Positions 62,701-64,000 of a stretch of 64,000 nt of DNA are shown piece after piece. Origin of the DNA: Balanoglossus misakiensis (Eukaryota; Animalia; Hemichordata); assembly GCA_040954595.2 (NCBI GenBank), contig CM082587.2:8995403-9059402 (forward strand). The letters run 5' to 3'. The notes under the pieces were generated by a model. It saw nothing but the letters and a program-made list of their open reading frames with translations. It was not told the origin of the DNA and ran no database searches. A program made the position numbers and the translations under genes. How positions within the stretch are numbered: the first letter of the stretch is position 1; each line of letters begins with the position of its first letter.

Positions 62701-64000
62701 ATTAATCACTGTAACCATTTTTATAATAAGAGATAAAATATAACAATGCTGAGCAACAACGCAATTATCATAAGAGCACCTACCTGGATTTCACCAAGCC
62801 CTGCCATCCGAACTGATGAATTCTTATAAAAGTTGTAGAGTTGTTGGAGGGTGCTGCTGAACTTACTTACATGTAAATACGTCACATCCTTCATGGCCTG
62901 CGCTGCAGCTATGACTGCAGTTTCTCGGGTATTGCAGTGTTGCAGCCAGGAATTTTATAACAGGGGACACTGTGTCCCCCCACTATTTAATTTGGGGGAC
63001 ATTTTGCATATTTTGGGGACAACATAAACCATGGACATACATGTTTAATACATGTAACCTATAAAATGCAGAAATAGTATGCCACAGACGGCAGGGCCGG
63101 AAGAAAAAATTCTGACAACTGCTAAAAACTATAGGAACAGAGCATATGGGCAGCTAATAGGTAGCCAATGAGAAATCCATTTGTAGTACACATTTCTGCC
63201 TTGTGAGCCATGTTTAACTGTCCTCCAGGTGGAACCCTGTGGTGATCCCTGATTGCTGCATCCCCAAATGGCATCCTACATGTATACCGGTACACTTGAC
63301 TCTGATCAATAGGGGTATATGTGACATATAGCTGTATCCCAGAAGCCCAGGTGCAGAAGTCAGCAAAGTTATAGAGCATGTCTGTTACAGATCAGCCATT
63401 CACTTCTTCAGTCGGTAAAGTAATATTGTTAGATTTCAAGACAGCAGTTATAATCTGTGCTAAGTGGACAAGGGTGCAAATATTACAGCTGCGCTGGTGG
63501 CTCCACTCATAAACCCACATTTCTAAGACAAGATTCTGCAATGTTGAAGTCAGGACACATGGTCCACAGGAGTATGAAAGAAGAAGTGGCACTCAAACCA
63601 TACACCCACTATGGGTGTAGCAAAATGTTTGACACAAGTAAGAAACAAGAGGGTAATTCACACAAAGGCTAACAAGGCAATACATGTATTTTTGTTGGCA
63701 CGTTCCTTTTGAGTGTACACATTGCTATTTTTGAACTGCTTGAGGCTGGGCCGACCAGACATGTGGCACATGACGACTACACTACTGTCATGAGTTACCA
63801 CATTTACAATATGCAAATATTATGAGTGCGCTCTAATGAAAATGGAAATTGTGTCCTGAAAAATATAAAATGTGACTGCAAATAGTATAGTTCTGACAAC
63901 AAAATTAGACTTTGTGCCAATTTCTGTAGGCACAGAAGTGCCACTGTAGTATCATGTATATTCAACTTTACAAAAATATCCAAGTGTACACCACACCTAC

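Noticed and set aside
62935-63050. Possible hAT left end CAGTGTTGCAGCCAGG with GGGGACA repeats
   Set aside because: No matching right TIR or TSD inside the window.

Overview
Eukaryotic, intron-containing, AT-rich animal DNA; gene content and repeat style suggest a marine invertebrate deuterostome (inference only). 1.7-12.7 kb: three nested mobile elements, a TAA-flanked PIF/Harbinger-type MITE containing a 10-bp-TSD Mutator-like foldback, which contains a young Ty3/gypsy retrotransposon (gag, -1 frameshifted pol, extra ORF3, tRNA-Leu PBS). 13.5-35.7 kb is the most interesting part: two tandem paralogous genes built from shared modular exons. Gene A encodes DED-linker-coiled coil-ZU5-ZU5-(UPA-like)-DED, a PIDD1-like core flanked by death effector domains. 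Gene B encodes DED-degenerate GT-B glycosyltransferase-TRADD-N-like-coiled coil-NACHT, an NLR cut by a MITE and lacking LRRs. 37-47 kb: two C2H2 zinc-finger paralogs sharing an unrecognised N-terminal domain, flanking divergent intronless sulfotransferases (one frameshifted). 49-51 kb: Tc1/IS630-type foldback. 52-60 kb: 11-exon CLCA-family gene. The window ends with a LINE fragment and hairpin elements. Exon models were read by eye from GT-AG sites and frame continuity; domain names come from motif recognition, not database searches.
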